Positions 42,063-54,268 of a stretch of 64,000 nucleotides of DNA are shown here, piece after piece (positions within the stretch are counted from its first letter, which is position 1; every line of letters begins with the position of its first letter). This DNA comes from Acidobacteriota bacterium (GTDB taxonomy: Bacteria; Acidobacteriota; Blastocatellia; RBC074). The position numbers and the translations under genes were made by a program. The DNA is taken from positions 59,488 through 123,487 of the forward strand of contig JADJLO010000002.1 in assembly GCA_016710075.1 (NCBI GenBank), written 5' to 3'. Below the pieces are notes generated by a model, which saw only the letters and a program-made list of their open reading frames with translations, was not told the DNA's origin and made no database searches.

Positions 42063-42614
42063 AAAATCTTATAATCCTGATCTTTAAGATCAACTTTAAG
42101 ATCAACTATTGGGAGTATCGATCAGGCGCTCAAAAGCATATTGCAGAGGTGAGGTGTTGCTTCTATACTTGTGCGGCTTTGATCGATGCTCCCACTTTGT
42201 TGTTAATTCAAATAACTGGAACTTGATGGTCAAGATAATCACTTGTCGAGTCCCGCGATCCCGGCATTGCCTTGGTCGCGCCATAGGTGATTGCAATGAC
42301 CGTGCCAGTCGTTTCGAGCCATGCCGGAAAAAAACTCGCCGCGCATCCTAACTGCAAAATATGATTAAGCTTATAAATTTTGCGTGCTGATTTTTTCCTG
42401 TCTGTTCGGGGACGGGCGCTGATTCTTCAGGTCCATGTATGTCCATGATAGTGGACACGTCGACTGGATGCTGTCCACAAATGATGACAACAACAGTGGA
42501 CAGTAAACAATTCAGGACGGGGATATTCCATCAACTGAATTTCGCCGGTATTATTTTGCAATAACGGGCAATTGATTTGAGAGTGGTCAGGTGGGTGGAA
42601 TATGATGTCGGCTT

Positions 42615-43896
42615 ATGTTGAATGATAAGAAATATGATGTTTGCAGGACCAGGCTGGATAACGGACTGGTGGTTGTTTCCGAGAAGATGGCTCAGGTGCG
42701 ATCGGTGACTTTTGGCGTATTTCTGCGCAGCGGGATCGCGGCTGGAAGCGCCTTCGCAGAATGGGCTGACCCATTTCATCGAGCATGCCTTGTTCAAGGG
42801 GACAGGCAAACGCAATGCGGCGCAGATTGCGGCGGAATCCGACGCGCTGGGCGGCAACCTCGATGCATTCACGGGGCGCGAGTTTGTGGGGTATTACAAC
42901 AAGATACTGGACGAGCATCTGCCGCGAGCCTTTGAACTGATCGCCGATCTGGTCACTGGCCCTTCTTTCGATCCGGTTGAGATGAAAAAAGAACGCAACG
43001 TCGTTCTCGAAGAGATCAAGATGGTGGAAGATACTCCCGATGACATCATCTTCGATCTGTTTTGCGAGAGTTTCTACCCGGATCATCCTCTGGGCCGACC
43101 CATACTTGGAACTCCCCGTACGCTTTCGACGTTCAAGCCTCATGTGATTCGCTCATATTATGAACGGATTTACCGGCCGGAGAATCTGTTGATTGCGGCC
43201 GCCGGCAATCTGGAGCATGCCCAACTGATTGATCTTGCCGGACAATATTTCGGGCAGCTTGCGCCCGGTCAAGACGATTTTAATTTGACGCCTCCGGAAG
43301 CGGCCTATCCGATAGTGTTGAGAAGCAAGCCGGACCTTGAGCAATCGCATCTTGTGATCGGGTCCCAGTGCCCATCGGCGGTGAGCGATGACAGGTATGC
43401 CGTCAATCTGATGAATGTCATACTTGGCGGGGGCATGAGCTCGCGGCTGTTTCAATCGGTCCGCGAAGACCGCGGCCTTGTTTATACAATCTTCTCTTCA
43501 ACCAGTCCTTATAAGGATTGCGGGTATCTGAGCATCTACGCTGCGGCGTCAACCGGACAGCTTCCAGAAACGATGGCAGCGACGATGACTGAATTGAAGA
43601 AGATGAAGGCCGGGCCCGTCAGCGCTGAAGAACTGTTGCGCAACAAGGATCAGCTCAAGGCTTCCTTGATGCTTAATCTGGAATCCACATCCTCCCGCAT
43701 GAGTTCTCTGGCTACTCAGGAGATGATCTTCGGTTGCTTCGTCTCGCCTGATCAGATCATCAGCAGGGTCGATGCGGTTACCGCCGAGGATGTTCAGCGA
43801 CTGGCGATTGAACTTTTCCAGCCTGAAAAAATGGCGGTCACCGTTCTTGGCGATCTGGATGGATTTAAACTGGACCGCTCGGATCTCGAATGCTAG
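42615..43896 (+). CDS. M16 family zinc peptidase, 1-nt frameshift at GGG 42732-42734
   Basis: [14 protein letters not shown]-terminus; the corrected frame reads [26 protein letters not shown] (HxxEH intact); [11 protein letters not shown]. Confidence 0.9.
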
Positions 43897-43900
43897 AAAG

Positions 43901-43997
43901 CAGTTTAAAGTATCAGGATCCTTACCGGAACTTTTGCCAACGAACTGGGGTACAAGCTGCTCCGTTGCTTAAACTTTGAACCTTAAACTTTAAACTT
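43901..43997. repeat. AAAGTTT/AAACTTT tandem-motif inverted repeat
   Basis: CAGTTTAAAGT (43901) and AAACTTTGAACCTTAAACTTTAAACTT (43971-43997); the same motif family occurs at 453, 38205, 49255, 54166 and 56281. Confidence 0.6.
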
Positions 43998-44039
43998 GAA
44001 TATAGACTCGCTCTGGAAAAATATACGAGCCCCGGGTTT

Positions 44040-45620
44040 TTGAGGGTGTTCAGCGCACTGGTCCGCTTGAGGTACAAGCTGATGTGGGCGCAGGTGCGAA
44101 CCGACAGCGGCAAGATCGCGCTCTTCTTCGGGCTCTACCTGTTGATTGGAGTGTTTGCGATCTTCATGGCGCTTGGCGGGCTGGGCGGAGCGCTGGCGGC
44201 GGTTGAGCTGGGGCGGGGTGAGATGGTGGCCCGGCTGATGCTCGCCGGTCTGATGATGAACGGGATTGGGCTGAGCCTGCTCTTCGGTCTGGGGCCGAGC
44301 GAGGCATTCACCGAAGGTTCGCTGCGCCGCTATCCGCTGGATTCGCAGGAGCGTTTCGTGATTCGTCATTTCATCGGACTGCTCGATCCGGTCTGGCTGC
44401 TGCTGATTGCGGGGATCATCGGCCTGGTTTTCGGCTTCATCTGGTTTGGCGGAGAATCTGTGCTGGCGGGAATTCCTGCTTCGGTGCTTTTCATCCTGGC
44501 CAACTATCTGCTGACGGTCACGCTTCTGACCGTTATCGGTTTGCTGATGCAGACTCGCAGGGGCGCAACCTTGCTGGGCGCGTTGATGATTCTCCTGCTT
44601 TCTTTCGGGCCGCTGGCAATCAGTTCACTGACCCCCGGCACGCGGGACAGAATGTGGCAGGTGGTTGACCTCTGCCTTCGGATTTTGCCCCCGGGAGCCG
44701 CCGCTTCAATGATTACCGGGCAGGATCTGCTCAAGGTTGCGGGAGGAGCCGGTCTTTTGATTTTGTGGTGTGTCTCGATGTTCATGCTCCTGAGGACCAT
44801 CGAGAAGAAGCCGAGGGTTTCGGAACCGGGGCGTGCCGGCGCGATAGTCTGGGACAACCTTTACGATCAGACTGCCGGCATCTTCGGCAGCCGATACCGG
44901 CCGATGGTCAGCCGATCGCTCAGATATCATCTGCGATGCAATATCATCAGGTTCAGTCTGATCAGCTCGCCGCTGGTCATACTCATGCTCAGGTATCTGA
45001 TTCCTGGCTATGGAGAAAAAAGCCATCTCAGCATGTCGATCGCGATCTTTTTCATACTGAGCAGCGCAAATGGCGCGGCCATGATGCTCAATCTGTTCGG
45101 TTATGACGGCGCCGGCATCAGGCGATTTGCCGTGCTTCCGATCCGTTTCGCCGATGCACTCAAGGCTGCCAGCCTGGCATCGCTGATACTGCGAGGGATC
45201 GCCTTTCTCGTCGCATTTACTCTCTGGGTGATCATCTACAGAAATCGATCGCTGACCTGGCAGGCTGTCCTCATTGTCCTGACAGTCTCGGTTGCAGGCA
45301 TGATCATGTTTAATGGCCTGGGATTATGGGTCTCCATCTTCGCCCCCAAGAGAGGTGATTTCGAGGCGATGTGGAATAACAGGCTTTCGCTTGGAGCCAA
45401 CATCGTCGTCATCGGCGGAGCGATTATCCCTTTCTGGGTTATGATCACGGTGATGGAGAGGATTCAGCCTGAGACGCTCAGCCGTCTCTGGTGGGCTCCC
45501 GCGCTTTTTCTCGTGTTATGTGTCGGTTTTTATGGATTTTCATTGAAATTTATCGACATCCCGCTGAGATCCCGCAAGGAGAAGCTGATCAACCTTCTCT
45601 CGGGTGCAAGCGACAACTAG
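44040..45620 (+). CDS. Polytopic membrane protein, probable ABC exporter permease
   Basis: About 12 hydrophobic helices; directly upstream of an ABC ATPase; start uncertain. Confidence 0.75.
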   Translation: MRVFSALVRLRYKLMWAQVRTDSGKIALFFGLYLLIGVFAIFMALGGLGGALAAVELGRGEMVARLMLAGLMMNGIGLSLLFGLGPSEAFTEGSLRRYPLDSQERFVIRHFIGLLDPVWLLLIAGIIGLVFGFIWFGGESVLAGIPASVLFILANYLLTVTLLTVIGLLMQTRRGATLLGALMILLLSFGPLAISSLTPGTRDRMWQVVDLCLRILPPGAAASMITGQDLLKVAGGAGLLILWCVSMFMLLRTIEKKPRVSEPGRAGAIVWDNLYDQTAGIFGSRYRPMVSRSLRYHLRCNIIRFSLISSPLVILMLRYLIPGYGEKSHLSMSIAIFFILSSANGAAMMLNLFGYDGAGIRRFAVLPIRFADALKAASLASLILRGIAFLVAFTLWVIIYRNRSLTWQAVLIVLTVSVAGMIMFNGLGLWVSIFAPKRGDFEAMWNNRLSLGANIVVIGGAIIPFWVMITVMERIQPETLSRLWWAPALFLVLCVGFYGFSLKFIDIPLRSRKEKLINLLSGASDN

Positions 45621-45675
45621 TATTACCCTGACGACGAATCGGGCAAACGAATTACAGCAGGAAGAACTTTCAGCA

Positions 45676-46497
45676 ATGGATAACGAGATGGAAATGACAG
45701 GGTCCGGAGGAGATGCAGCCGAGTCGCTCATTCCTGCAATCAGTGTCGAGCATCTGACCAAGCGCTTCGGGGACCTGACCGCAGTCGATGATCTGACTCT
45801 GAAAGTGAGTTCGGGCCGGCTGTTCGGTTTTCTTGGCCCGAACGGCGCCGGCAAAAGCACCACGATAGGTTGCCTGACCGGGTTGATCGATCCGAACGCA
45901 GGCAGCATCAGGCTTCTTGGAGAAACCTTTACGAGCGATTCGATCGAACTCAAGCGACGCATCGGAGTCATGCCCGAGGGGTTGGCATTGTTCGATCACC
46001 TCTTCGCCCACGAATTTCTGACTTTCAACGGCCGGATGTACGGTCTCGATGAGCAGACATTGCGCCAGCGCGTCGAGGAGCTCTTGACAGTGCTGGGTCT
46101 GGCGAACGCAGGCAATAAAAGGCTCTCCGAATTCAGTACCGGCATGAGGAAAAAGGTCGCATTTGCCGCCGCCATCATTCACAGGCCCGAGATACTGTTT
46201 CTTGATGAACCCTTTGAGAGCATCGATCCGGCGGGTGTTGCCATGCTCAAGGACTGGTTGCGCCGCTTTGTCGCCGGAGGCAGAACCGTTTTTATGACTA
46301 CCCACGTGCTCGAGACGGTCGAGAGGCTGTGCGACGACGTGGCCATCATCAAAGCCGGCAAGATCGCATGGCTCGGCGATGTCTCGAAACTGGCTTCAGG
46401 CGAATCTCTCGAATCCGACGGGAGCAGCTTCAACACACTGGAATCACTCTTCCTTCATCTGGTCGGCGAAAGATACGAGATGCTTGAGTGGCTGTGA
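45676..46497 (+). CDS. ABC transporter ATP-binding protein (ABC-2/CcmA type)
   Basis: Walker [10 protein letters not shown], signature FSTGM, Walker B LFLDEP and H-loop TTH. Confidence 0.92.
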   Translation: MDNEMEMTGSGGDAAESLIPAISVEHLTKRFGDLTAVDDLTLKVSSGRLFGFLGPNGAGKSTTIGCLTGLIDPNAGSIRLLGETFTSDSIELKRRIGVMPEGLALFDHLFAHEFLTFNGRMYGLDEQTLRQRVEELLTVLGLANAGNKRLSEFSTGMRKKVAFAAAIIHRPEILFLDEPFESIDPAGVAMLKDWLRRFVAGGRTVFMTTHVLETVERLCDDVAIIKAGKIAWLGDVSKLASGESLESDGSSFNTLESLFLHLVGERYEMLEWL

Positions 46498-46502
46498 AAT
46501 TA

Positions 46503-46701
46503 TGAGAAAGAAGAAGAAAACGAAAAACAAGATTACGAAACAGACGAAATAAACGAAACAGACGAAAAATTTCCCAGACGTTCATTGTTCGGGAAAACCC
46601 GGATAAATGTAAAATGGATGTTTATTGCTGAAATTATCCTTTTATTTTTTTTTGTTTTTTATTTCGTCTGTTTCGTAATCTTGTTTTTCTTCTTCTTCTC
46701 A
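46503..46701. repeat. ACGAAA-type terminal-inverted-repeat element, copy 3
   Basis: TGAGAAAGAAG...GATTACGAAACAGACGAAATAAA (46503-46553) vs TTTATTTCGTCTGTTTCGTAATCTTGTTTTTCTTCTTCTTCTCA (46658-46701). Confidence 0.82.
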
Positions 46702-46712
46702 GGAGGGTATTT

Positions 46713-47189
46713 ATGTATTGTCCGAATTGTGCGACTCAGATCACCGGAACCAAATTTTGCCGCACCTGCGGCGCCAACGTCAGCCAGGTCTCGCAGGCAT
46801 TAACGGGTCAGCTTCCGGCACAGGGAATGTCAAAAGCCGAAAAGCCGCCGAGTATCGAAAGGGCTGCAGGATCTTTCTTTTCGGGTCTGGCCTTTATCCT
46901 GGTGTCGTTTTCGGTCTTTTTTTTCGCGCCGGCTGGAAAAATCTGGTGGTTCTGGATGCTGATCCCGGCGTTTGGAATGATCGGCAAAGGGGTCGGTGAG
47001 TACTGGAAGTTGCGTGAGCAGCAGCGCCAGATGGAGTTGATGATGAGATATCAGCAGCTTCCGGCCAATCAGCCGGCTCCACCGGCGATGCAGCCCGGGG
47101 CAGCACCTGGCGAGATTGGCGCTCCGGACACCAACGAATTGAGAGTCCCTTCGAGCATTACCGAGGAGACGACACGCCATTTAAAGTAG
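46713..47189 (+). CDS. Zinc-ribbon domain membrane protein
   Basis: GGAGG RBS; MYCPNCA..FCRTCG; two TM helices; Pro-rich tail. Confidence 0.8.
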   Translation: MYCPNCATQITGTKFCRTCGANVSQVSQALTGQLPAQGMSKAEKPPSIERAAGSFFSGLAFILVSFSVFFFAPAGKIWWFWMLIPAFGMIGKGVGEYWKLREQQRQMELMMRYQQLPANQPAPPAMQPGAAPGEIGAPDTNELRVPSSITEETTRHLK

Positions 47190-47297
47190 CTGCCGGCACC
47201 GGCTCGTCAATTTGTCAATTTTCGCAGATGATTCGGAATCCGTGATAATATGCGCGCCTCGATTGCACTCGAAATTAATTCAGCAAGGTTCAAATAG

Positions 47298-48097
47298 ATG
47301 CGGATCTGCATACTTGGAAGCGGCAGTTCTGGAAATGCGACGCTGGTGGTCGCAGGCGAAACGCGCGTCCTGATGGATTGCGGGCTGAGCGCGCGAGAGA
47401 CGATCAAAAGGATCAAGGCTGTCGGAGAAGACCCGTCGAAACTCGATGCCGTCGTGGTGACGCATGAGCACGGAGATCACGCGCGCGGTCTGACCGCGAT
47501 TTCAAAAGCGTTGAATGTCCCCGCATATACATCTCTGATAAAACCCTCGAAGCCTGTAATCTGGGCGAAAAGATGAAGGATGTCCGGCGTGGTGCGTCGA
47601 TCACATCGTCTGAGCATTTCGAGATAGGGTCGATGCAATTCAGTCCCTTTGCGATTCCGCACGATGCAGCAGACCCTATGGCATTCACCGTGGTAGCGAA
47701 TGGGATCAAGATGGGCATGGCCGTCGATCTGGGACACATCAATTCGGTCGCCGCCGGACAATTCCTCGGCTCTGACGCGCTGATCATCGAAGCCAATCAC
47801 GAACTCGAGATGCTCAAGACATGCGAATTTTATTCGTGGGCGTTGAAGCTGAGAATCAAGGGTCGCCTGGGTCACACTTCCAATGACGAGATGGCCAGAT
47901 TTCTTCGGGAGGATTTCGATAACAAGGCGCGCTACATCGTCCTCGCCCACCTTTCACAGAATACCAATAATCCGGACGTGGCGCGACTTGCGGCCGTTCA
48001 GGCGCTGGAGGAGAGGGCGCCGCTCTTTTCCGCCGATGCGGAACGTCGTGTCAGCATCGCCGCGTTTGACCGGCCGAGCGACTGGATCGAGTTATGA
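47298..48097 (+). CDS. MBL-fold metallohydrolase (YycJ/WalJ-like), frameshift near 47525-47530
   Basis: [35 protein letters not shown] and AHLSQNTN across two overlapping ORFs. Confidence 0.88.
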
Positions 48098-49218
48098 GCA
48101 GTAACATCCAAGCAGAATTGGGTCGCCTGGCAATCATCTTGCTGCTGGCCTGCCTCGCTCAGCCGGCATCGAGAGCCCAGTCCGGCCGAAAGCCGCAGGG
48201 AAAGCAACCTTCCGAAAAACCGATTGTCAGGCTTGAAACGCGCGAAGTGGTCATTCCACTGCGCGCCTATGATGCCGATGGCAGGTTTGTCGATGACCTG
48301 ACGACCAGAGACTTGATCGTCCTCGAAGAGGGGGAATCACGCCCCGTATCCAGCGTCAAGCGCGAACCGGCCAACATCGTCGTGGTTCTCGACCTCAGCA
48401 ACGAAATCGGCACCTTCAAAAATGGCCCGACTCAGAGATACGAAAAAGATGATCGCCCGATCTGGGAGAAGAACCGGGATTACAGCATCGTGGCCCGGCC
48501 GACGACCCGCGAACTGGCCGAGAATTTCATCTCCAAAATTTCATCCGGCGATCATGTCGCCGTCATTCAATATTCCGACAAGGTCCAGATGGTTCAGGAC
48601 TGGACAAGCGATTACCGGCGTGCGATAGGCTCCATCTCGTCGAAATACCGTGTCGGCATCAAAGCCGGATTTTATGATGCCATGAAGCTGGCGGCTGAAA
48701 AACTGCAGTCGCGACCCAGCGGCCGGCGCGTCATCGTGCTGGTGAGCGACGGCCTCGATTCTGCCAGTCGAACGGGCAGATCCCAGGCAATGAGCGCGAT
48801 TGAAAATTCCCGGGCTTCAGTTTTCGTAGTCGGCTGGGCTGAAGCCATCAAAAGAGAGATCGAATTGTCGATGAGCTGGATGAGTTCTCACGAAGCCCGC
48901 ACCTCCACATCGATCGAACGACTGACAGAATTGCGCAGGTATCTGCCTCAACTCGACGCTGCCGCTTCGATTCTGCGCGACCTTGCCGAATCGACCGGCG
49001 GTGAGATCTGGCTGCCGCCGGATCACACCGGGATGATCAAATCATGGCAGCCGCTGGTCGCTGAAATCGGGGCCCAATACAGCGTCTCTTTTGTCACTGA
49101 AAACAAACCCAGCCTTGAGGATAACCGCTCGATCCAGGTCCTGCCCGCAAGAAAAGGGCTCACCGTTCGCTCCAGGCGAAATTACTTCGCCGGCGATCAG
49201 GCCGGACGGAGAGAATGA
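48094..49218 (+). CDS. Secreted VWA-domain protein (acidobacterial type)
   Basis: Signal peptide, MIDAS-like [20 protein letters not shown] and VRSRRNY. Confidence 0.8.
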   Translation: MSSNIQAELGRLAIILLLACLAQPASRAQSGRKPQGKQPSEKPIVRLETREVVIPLRAYDADGRFVDDLTTRDLIVLEEGESRPVSSVKREPANIVVVLDLSNEIGTFKNGPTQRYEKDDRPIWEKNRDYSIVARPTTRELAENFISKISSGDHVAVIQYSDKVQMVQDWTSDYRRAIGSISSKYRVGIKAGFYDAMKLAAEKLQSRPSGRRVIVLVSDGLDSASRTGRSQAMSAIENSRASVFVVGWAEAIKREIELSMSWMSSHEARTSTSIERLTELRRYLPQLDAAASILRDLAESTGGEIWLPPDHTGMIKSWQPLVAEIGAQYSVSFVTENKPSLEDNRSIQVLPARKGLTVRSRRNYFAGDQAGRRE

Positions 49219-49416
49219 AGAAGAATGAAGAATGATGAATGCAGAATGATGAATGAAGTTCAAAGTTTAAGAGTTTAAAGTTTAAAGAGGGGTGGCGTGG
49301 TTTCTGATTGAGGCTTGAATCCAAATTACATGAAATTTGCGACCTCCATGGAGGCCGCCTGTATTCAAGTATCATCAGTTCGGGCTTATAACTTTGAATT
49401 TTAGACTTTAGACTTC
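49219..49416. repeat. Composite GAATGAT + AAAGTTT tandem-motif element with inverted partner
   Basis: GAATGAAGAATGATGAATGCAGAATGATGAATGAAGTTCAAAGTTTAAGAGTTTAAAGTTTAAAG ... AACTTTGAATTTTAGACTTTAGACTT. Confidence 0.6.
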
Positions 49417-49431
49417 TTGTTTGTTTATATG

Positions 49432-49629
49432 ATGGATGAAGAGAGGTTGAGAATAGTGAGGGCATACAAGCGTGCAGCGATCGGGCTGGCCGCGGGCGCA
49501 GCAGTCTGGCTGACTGCCCTGATCGTTACCGATACGGCAAAAGAAGAGAAGGTCGCATGGCTCATCCCGGCCGTCTGCGCCTTGCTCAGCTTCTTTTTCT
49601 ATTCGCTTTCCAAAAGATCGAAGCAGTAA
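49432..49629 (+). CDS. Small two-TM hypothetical protein
   Basis: Short ORF with two hydrophobic segments, co-oriented with its neighbours. Confidence 0.5.
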   Translation: MDEERLRIVRAYKRAAIGLAAGAAVWLTALIVTDTAKEEKVAWLIPAVCALLSFFFYSLSKRSKQ

Positions 49630-49722
49630 TTTTTTTCAATAAAAACAGATATGGAGGCTGAGATTACCAGGCATGATGAATTTCAAACTGCTTCACATGT
49701 TTAGTAATCCTCAATCCGCAAA

Positions 49723-51027
49723 ATGATCAGAAGATACACCTTGCCCGAGATGGGCGCGATATGGACCGAAGAGAACAGATTCCGCAAGTGGCTTGACGTC
49801 GAGATTGCCGCGTGCCAGGCGAACGCTGAAGCCGGCAACATCCCGGCTGAAGCCGTTGAGGTCATCAGGCAAAAGGCGGATTTTTCAGTTGATCGGATTC
49901 ATGAACTGGAAAAGACGCTGGATCACGACGTCATCGCATTCACCACGAATCTTGCCGAGAATATCGGACCGGAAGCCCGCTGGGTTCATTACGGCCTGAC
50001 TTCATCGGATGTAGTCGATACCGCCAACGGATTGTTGATGTGTGAGGCGGGGGATCTGATCATCTCTAGGCTGCAGATGCTCAGCGATGTTCTCAAGAAG
50101 CGAGCGTATGAATTCAAAGACACGCCGATGATCGGCAGGACGCATGGGATTCACGCGGAGCCGATGACTCTCGGTCTGGTTTTCGCCCTGTGGTTTGAAG
50201 AGAATCGCCGGAACATAGACAGGATGACCCGGGCGAGGGCCGGAATCAGCTACGGTAAGATCTCGGGAGCGGTCGGGACCTTTGCGCATCTGGAGCCTGA
50301 AATAGAAGAACGCGTCTGCTTTCTGCTGGGATTGAGGCCGGCGAGCGTTTCTACTCAGATCATTCAGCGCGACCGGTATGCCGAATTCGTCTGTGCGCTG
50401 GCTATCGTTGCTTCCTCGCTCGAAAAGTTCGCACTTCAGATCCGTCACTGGCAGCGCACGGAGGTCGGAGAGGCCCACGAATATTTCAAGCCCGGGCAGA
50501 AAGGCTCCTCCGCCATGCCTCACAAGCGCAACCCGATTCTTTCAGAACGGATCTGCGGCATGGCCCGCATCATTCGCGGCTACGCGGTGACCGCGCTCGA
50601 AAACAACGCTCTCTGGCACGAACGCGACATCTCGCATTCGTCGTCAGAGCGCGTGATCCTGCCCGATTCCTGCATCGCGGTCGATTACATGCTGGCCAAA
50701 GCCGCTTCATTGATCGAGACGCTGGTCGTCAATCCGAAGCGGATGATGGAGAATCTCAACGCCACCCGAGGACTTGTCTTTTCGGGGCAGCTCCTGCTTG
50801 AGCTCTCTTCAGCAGGCGTCGCACGCGAGGAGGCTTATTACTGGGTGCAGCGCAATGCTCATAAATCGTGGGATGAGGGACTCGATTTTCGCGAACTGGT
50901 CAGTAGCGATCCCGACATCTCATCCCGGGTTTCGCCTGAACAGATAGAAAAGGCTTTTGATGTGCGAACTCAACTCAAGAACGTCGATCGAATTTTTCAA
51001 AGAGTATTTTCAGGAAGGGGAAAATGA
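49723..51027 (+). CDS. purB: Adenylosuccinate lyase
   Basis: MIRRYT, GRTHGIHAEP, GSSAMPHKRNP and LWHERDISHSS. Confidence 0.97.
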   Translation: MIRRYTLPEMGAIWTEENRFRKWLDVEIAACQANAEAGNIPAEAVEVIRQKADFSVDRIHELEKTLDHDVIAFTTNLAENIGPEARWVHYGLTSSDVVDTANGLLMCEAGDLIISRLQMLSDVLKKRAYEFKDTPMIGRTHGIHAEPMTLGLVFALWFEENRRNIDRMTRARAGISYGKISGAVGTFAHLEPEIEERVCFLLGLRPASVSTQIIQRDRYAEFVCALAIVASSLEKFALQIRHWQRTEVGEAHEYFKPGQKGSSAMPHKRNPILSERICGMARIIRGYAVTALENNALWHERDISHSSSERVILPDSCIAVDYMLAKAASLIETLVVNPKRMMENLNATRGLVFSGQLLLELSSAGVAREEAYYWVQRNAHKSWDEGLDFRELVSSDPDISSRVSPEQIEKAFDVRTQLKNVDRIFQRVFSGRGK

Positions 51028-51029
51028 CA

Positions 51030-51270
51030 ATGCTGGCAAAAGTATATGTGACATTGAAAAATGGAGTTCTCGATCCTCAGGAAAGACCATCCATCACGCA
51101 GCCGAGGCCATCGGTTACCAGGGCATCAGCGATGTTCGCCAGGGAAATATTTCGAGATCAGTCTCGATGGATCGATGGATGCAGCTACCGCTCAATCTCA
51201 GGTCGAGAAATTCGCGCACGACGTGCTTTCGAACCCTGTGATCGAAGATTACACAGTTGAAATTGTTTGA
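51030..51270 (+). CDS. purS: FGAM synthase subunit PurS, with two 1-nt deletions (~51080, ~51145)
   Basis: Reconstructed: MLAKVYVTLKNGVLDPQGKTIHHAAEAIGYQGISDVRQGKYFEI...VLSNPVIEDYTVEIV; follows purB. Confidence 0.9.
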
Positions 51271-51305
51271 GGCATGATTGCCGTTTCTCTTTCAGGGTGA
51301 TGAGT

Positions 51306-52717
51306 ATGAAAAAACAGTTTTTTTCTCTGGTGGTTTTGATGGTGGGTCTGATGATGACAACTTCCGCACAGTCGCCGAATCTTGAGGAGTTTGGGAAGGA
51401 ACGCTGAGCGTCAGCGGAGCTTCCCTCCGGCTGATCTTCAAGATCACGAAAGCTCCTGACGGTGCCCTCACGGCAAAACTCGACAGTCCGGATCAGGGGG
51501 CCCTGGATCTTCCGGTCGACTCGGTCAACGTCGACGGCAGATTGGTGCGTTTCGAGATGAAGCGGTTTCTTGCGTCGTTCGAGGCAAAGATCAACTCGGA
51601 ATTCACCGAAATGAGCGGCAACTGGAAGCAGGGTGGGCTCGAACTCCCGCTGGTGCTGAAGCGCACCGAAAAGGCGACGAAACTCAACCGGCCGCAGGAA
51701 CCGCAGAAGCCATTTCCCTACAATGACGAAGAAGTCTCCTACGAGAACAAAAAAGCGGGCAACAAGCTTGCGGGAACTCTGACCACGCCGCGCGATAATA
51801 AGGGTCCGTTTCCGGCCGTTGTCCTGATCACCGGCTCCGGAGCCCAGGACCGCAACGAGGCGATCTTCGGGCACAAGCCTTTCCTGGTTCTTGCCGATCA
51901 TCTGACACGTCAGGGAGTGGCCGTTTTAAGGGTCGATGATCGTGGAGTGGGCGGCTCCACGGGAAGTGGCGCCACCGCCACGACGGAAGACTTTGCCGAG
52001 GATGTCCTGGCCGGCGTCGAATACCTCAAATCTCGCAAGGAGATCGATCCGAAGCACATCGGTCTGATCGGCCACAGCGAGGGAGGCATCATCGCCCCGA
52101 TGCTTGCGACCAGATCCGGCGATATCGCTTTTATCGTCATGATGGCCGGGACCGGACTGCCCGGAGAGGAAATAATCCATCTTCAGGCGGAGTTGATTGC
52201 GAAAGCCGCGGGCTCAGGCGAGAAAGAGATAGCCGAAAGCAGGAAAATGCAGGAGCGCATCTTTGCCGTCATCAAGTCCGAGAAGGATCCGAAAGAAGCC
52301 GAAAAGAAATTAAATGCTCTTCGCGACGAGATAACAGCCGGGATGCCCGAGGATATGAAGAAGGCCGGAGCCGACAAGGCGCTCGATGCCCAGTTTAAAA
52401 GCGTCAATTCTCCCTGGTTTCGCTACTTCACCACATACGATCCGAGACCGGCATTGACGAAGGTCAAATGCCCCGTACTGGCGATCAACGGAGAACGCGA
52501 TCTTCAGGTGCCGTACAAGGAAAACCTCGGAGCGATCGAGGCTGCATTGAAAGCCGGCGGCAACAAGGATTTCACAGTAATCAAGCTCCCCGAACTCAAT
52601 CACCTTTTTCAGAAGGCTCAGACAGGGTCCCCCAGCGAATATGGAACGATCGAGGAGACGATCTCACCTCTCGCTCTTCAGACAATCTCTGACTGGATCA
52701 AAAAGCGTTTAAAGTAA
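51306..52717 (+). CDS. Secreted alpha/beta hydrolase (serine aminopeptidase-like), 1-nt deletion at ~51386
   Basis: The corrected N-terminus has a signal peptide plus GVWEGTL..LDSPDQG; ITGSGAQDR, GHSEGG, INGERD and LNHLFQ. Confidence 0.88.
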
Positions 52718-52739
52718 ATCGGGATGGATAAATCCGGGC

Positions 52740-53729
52740 TCAGAATTTTTGTGGAGGATGCCAGCCCTTGTAACGTAGGCTCAGTGTGGCATCCGAGGAT
52801 GAGAGCAGCAGGCGGCGCTTATTGATCACGTTGATTCCTTCGGGGTAGTAGGTGAGCTGGTAGCGGTTGTTCTTCAATTCGTCGCAAATCTCTTTGACGG
52901 TTTCCTTGATGTCGCCATCGATTGAAATCACCTTGCCTCCGGTGCCCGCCGTCAACTGGTCGAGGGCGTCCGCGGGTTTTGGCGCATCCTTGCGCAGGGC
53001 TCCGCGCGTTCTGTCCTTCACCTGTATCGCATAAACGGTGATGTTTTCGGTCTGAAGCTTTGCCAGGATCTCATCGAACTTGATTTTACTGTCCCGGTCG
53101 AGACCGTCTCCGACGATGACGATCACGCGTTTCGAAAATCCCACCTCCGGTCTGAGCACATCCTCGACACTAACATTGAGCGCGTCAAAAAGATGAGGTG
53201 TATCGGACTTGCGCAGCAATGAGAGAGTGTTTTGAAGGTTTTTTGGATCGTCGGTGAACTCGGTGATGATTTCAGGTTTGAGGTCGTAGCCGATGACCAT
53301 CACCTTGTCTCCTTCGTATATCTCAGGAGCGAACGCCGCAGGCACTGAGGCGAGTTTTTTGACGTCGGCCTGCAGCGTGGCCGAATTGTCCATCAGCAGA
53401 ACGATCCTTGCGGGTGTCGGATCCGGCGAGAATGCCTCGATCTTCTGTGAGACTCCGCCGTCGTAAAGCTCAAGTGCACTCCTCGGAATTATCTTCTCTT
53501 CTTCCTTCTTATCATCGCCTCCCGAAAGCAGAGGCTTTGGCTTGTTCGGATCGTCGACCTTGTGAGCGATGACGTGGATGACCGTTGTGCGTTTCCCGGA
53601 TACCGGCGAACGTCCCGATTGTGCCACACCAGGGGTGGCCAGGGTGGCCAGGATGAGCCACGGCATGACAGCCAAAGCCAGGGCCTTCGAAGACTTCCAT
53701 TCCCTGATTGTCCGGCCGTGTCTGTTCAC
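52740..53729 (-). CDS. Secreted VWA-domain protein
   Basis: MDNSATL MIDAS-like motif, LFDAL, VGDGLD and AGTGG. Confidence 0.78.
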   Translation of the reverse strand: MNRHGRTIREWKSSKALALAVMPWLILATLATPGVAQSGRSPVSGKRTTVIHVIAHKVDDPNKPKPLLSGGDDKKEEEKIIPRSALELYDGGVSQKIEAFSPDPTPARIVLLMDNSATLQADVKKLASVPAAFAPEIYEGDKVMVIGYDLKPEIITEFTDDPKNLQNTLSLLRKSDTPHLFDALNVSVEDVLRPEVGFSKRVIVIVGDGLDRDSKIKFDEILAKLQTENITVYAIQVKDRTRGALRKDAPKPADALDQLTAGTGGKVISIDGDIKETVKEICDELKNNRYQLTYYPEGINVINKRRLLLSSSDATLSLRYKGWHPPQKF

Positions 53730-54061
53730 TATTTATCTGCCGCTCCAGTGGTGCTTGCGCCGCCGGCTGAGGCTCCGGCGCCGGTTGATTCCTTCTTCTC
53801 AGTCTTCTCGGTCTTGTCTGCTTTCTCGGTTTTCTCGGCTTTTTCAGCCTTCTCGACCTTAGCAGGCTTGTCCGTTTTCTTGCTGCTGCTGTAATCGGTG
53901 ACATACCAGCCCGAGCCTTTCAATTGAAAGCTGGTCTGAGAAAATATCTTTTCGAGCTTCCCCTTGCATTCGGGGCATTTGTTCAGCGGCTTGTCGCTCA
54001 TCTTCTGCATGATTTCGAGATGATGACCGCATTTCTGACAAACATATTCGTAAATCGGCAT
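53729..54061 (-). CDS. FmdB-family zinc-ribbon regulatory protein
   Basis: MPIYEYVCQKCG..CPECKG..FQLKGSGWYVTDY; K/E-rich tail. Confidence 0.9.
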   Translation of the reverse strand: MPIYEYVCQKCGHHLEIMQKMSDKPLNKCPECKGKLEKIFSQTSFQLKGSGWYVTDYSSSKKTDKPAKVEKAEKAEKTEKADKTEKTEKKESTGAGASAGGASTTGAADK

Positions 54062-54165
54062 GTACTTGCACTCTCCAAATGAAATTCGAAGAAATTCTCC
54101 AGTCAGGAATTTAACACATCACCGCAGTCCCCGACAATCGGGGTAAAAATCAGCTCATCTGGCTG

Positions 54166-54233
54166 GTTTAAAGTTTAGATATGTCAAATATGGTACTCCC
54201 GACTTTGAACTTTAGACTTTAGACTTTAAACTT
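54166..54233. repeat. AAAGTTT/AAACTTT tandem-motif inverted repeat
   Basis: GTTTAAAGTTTAG ... ACTTTGAACTTTAGACTTTAGACTTTAAACTT. Confidence 0.6.
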
Positions 54234-54268
54234 CACACCCTGAGCATCTTTAGAAATCGGGGAAAAAT

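Noticed and set aside
53729-53900. Repetitive AAG/GAA DNA in the FmdB tail
   Set aside because: Explained by the low-complexity K/E-rich protein tail, which is common in this family.
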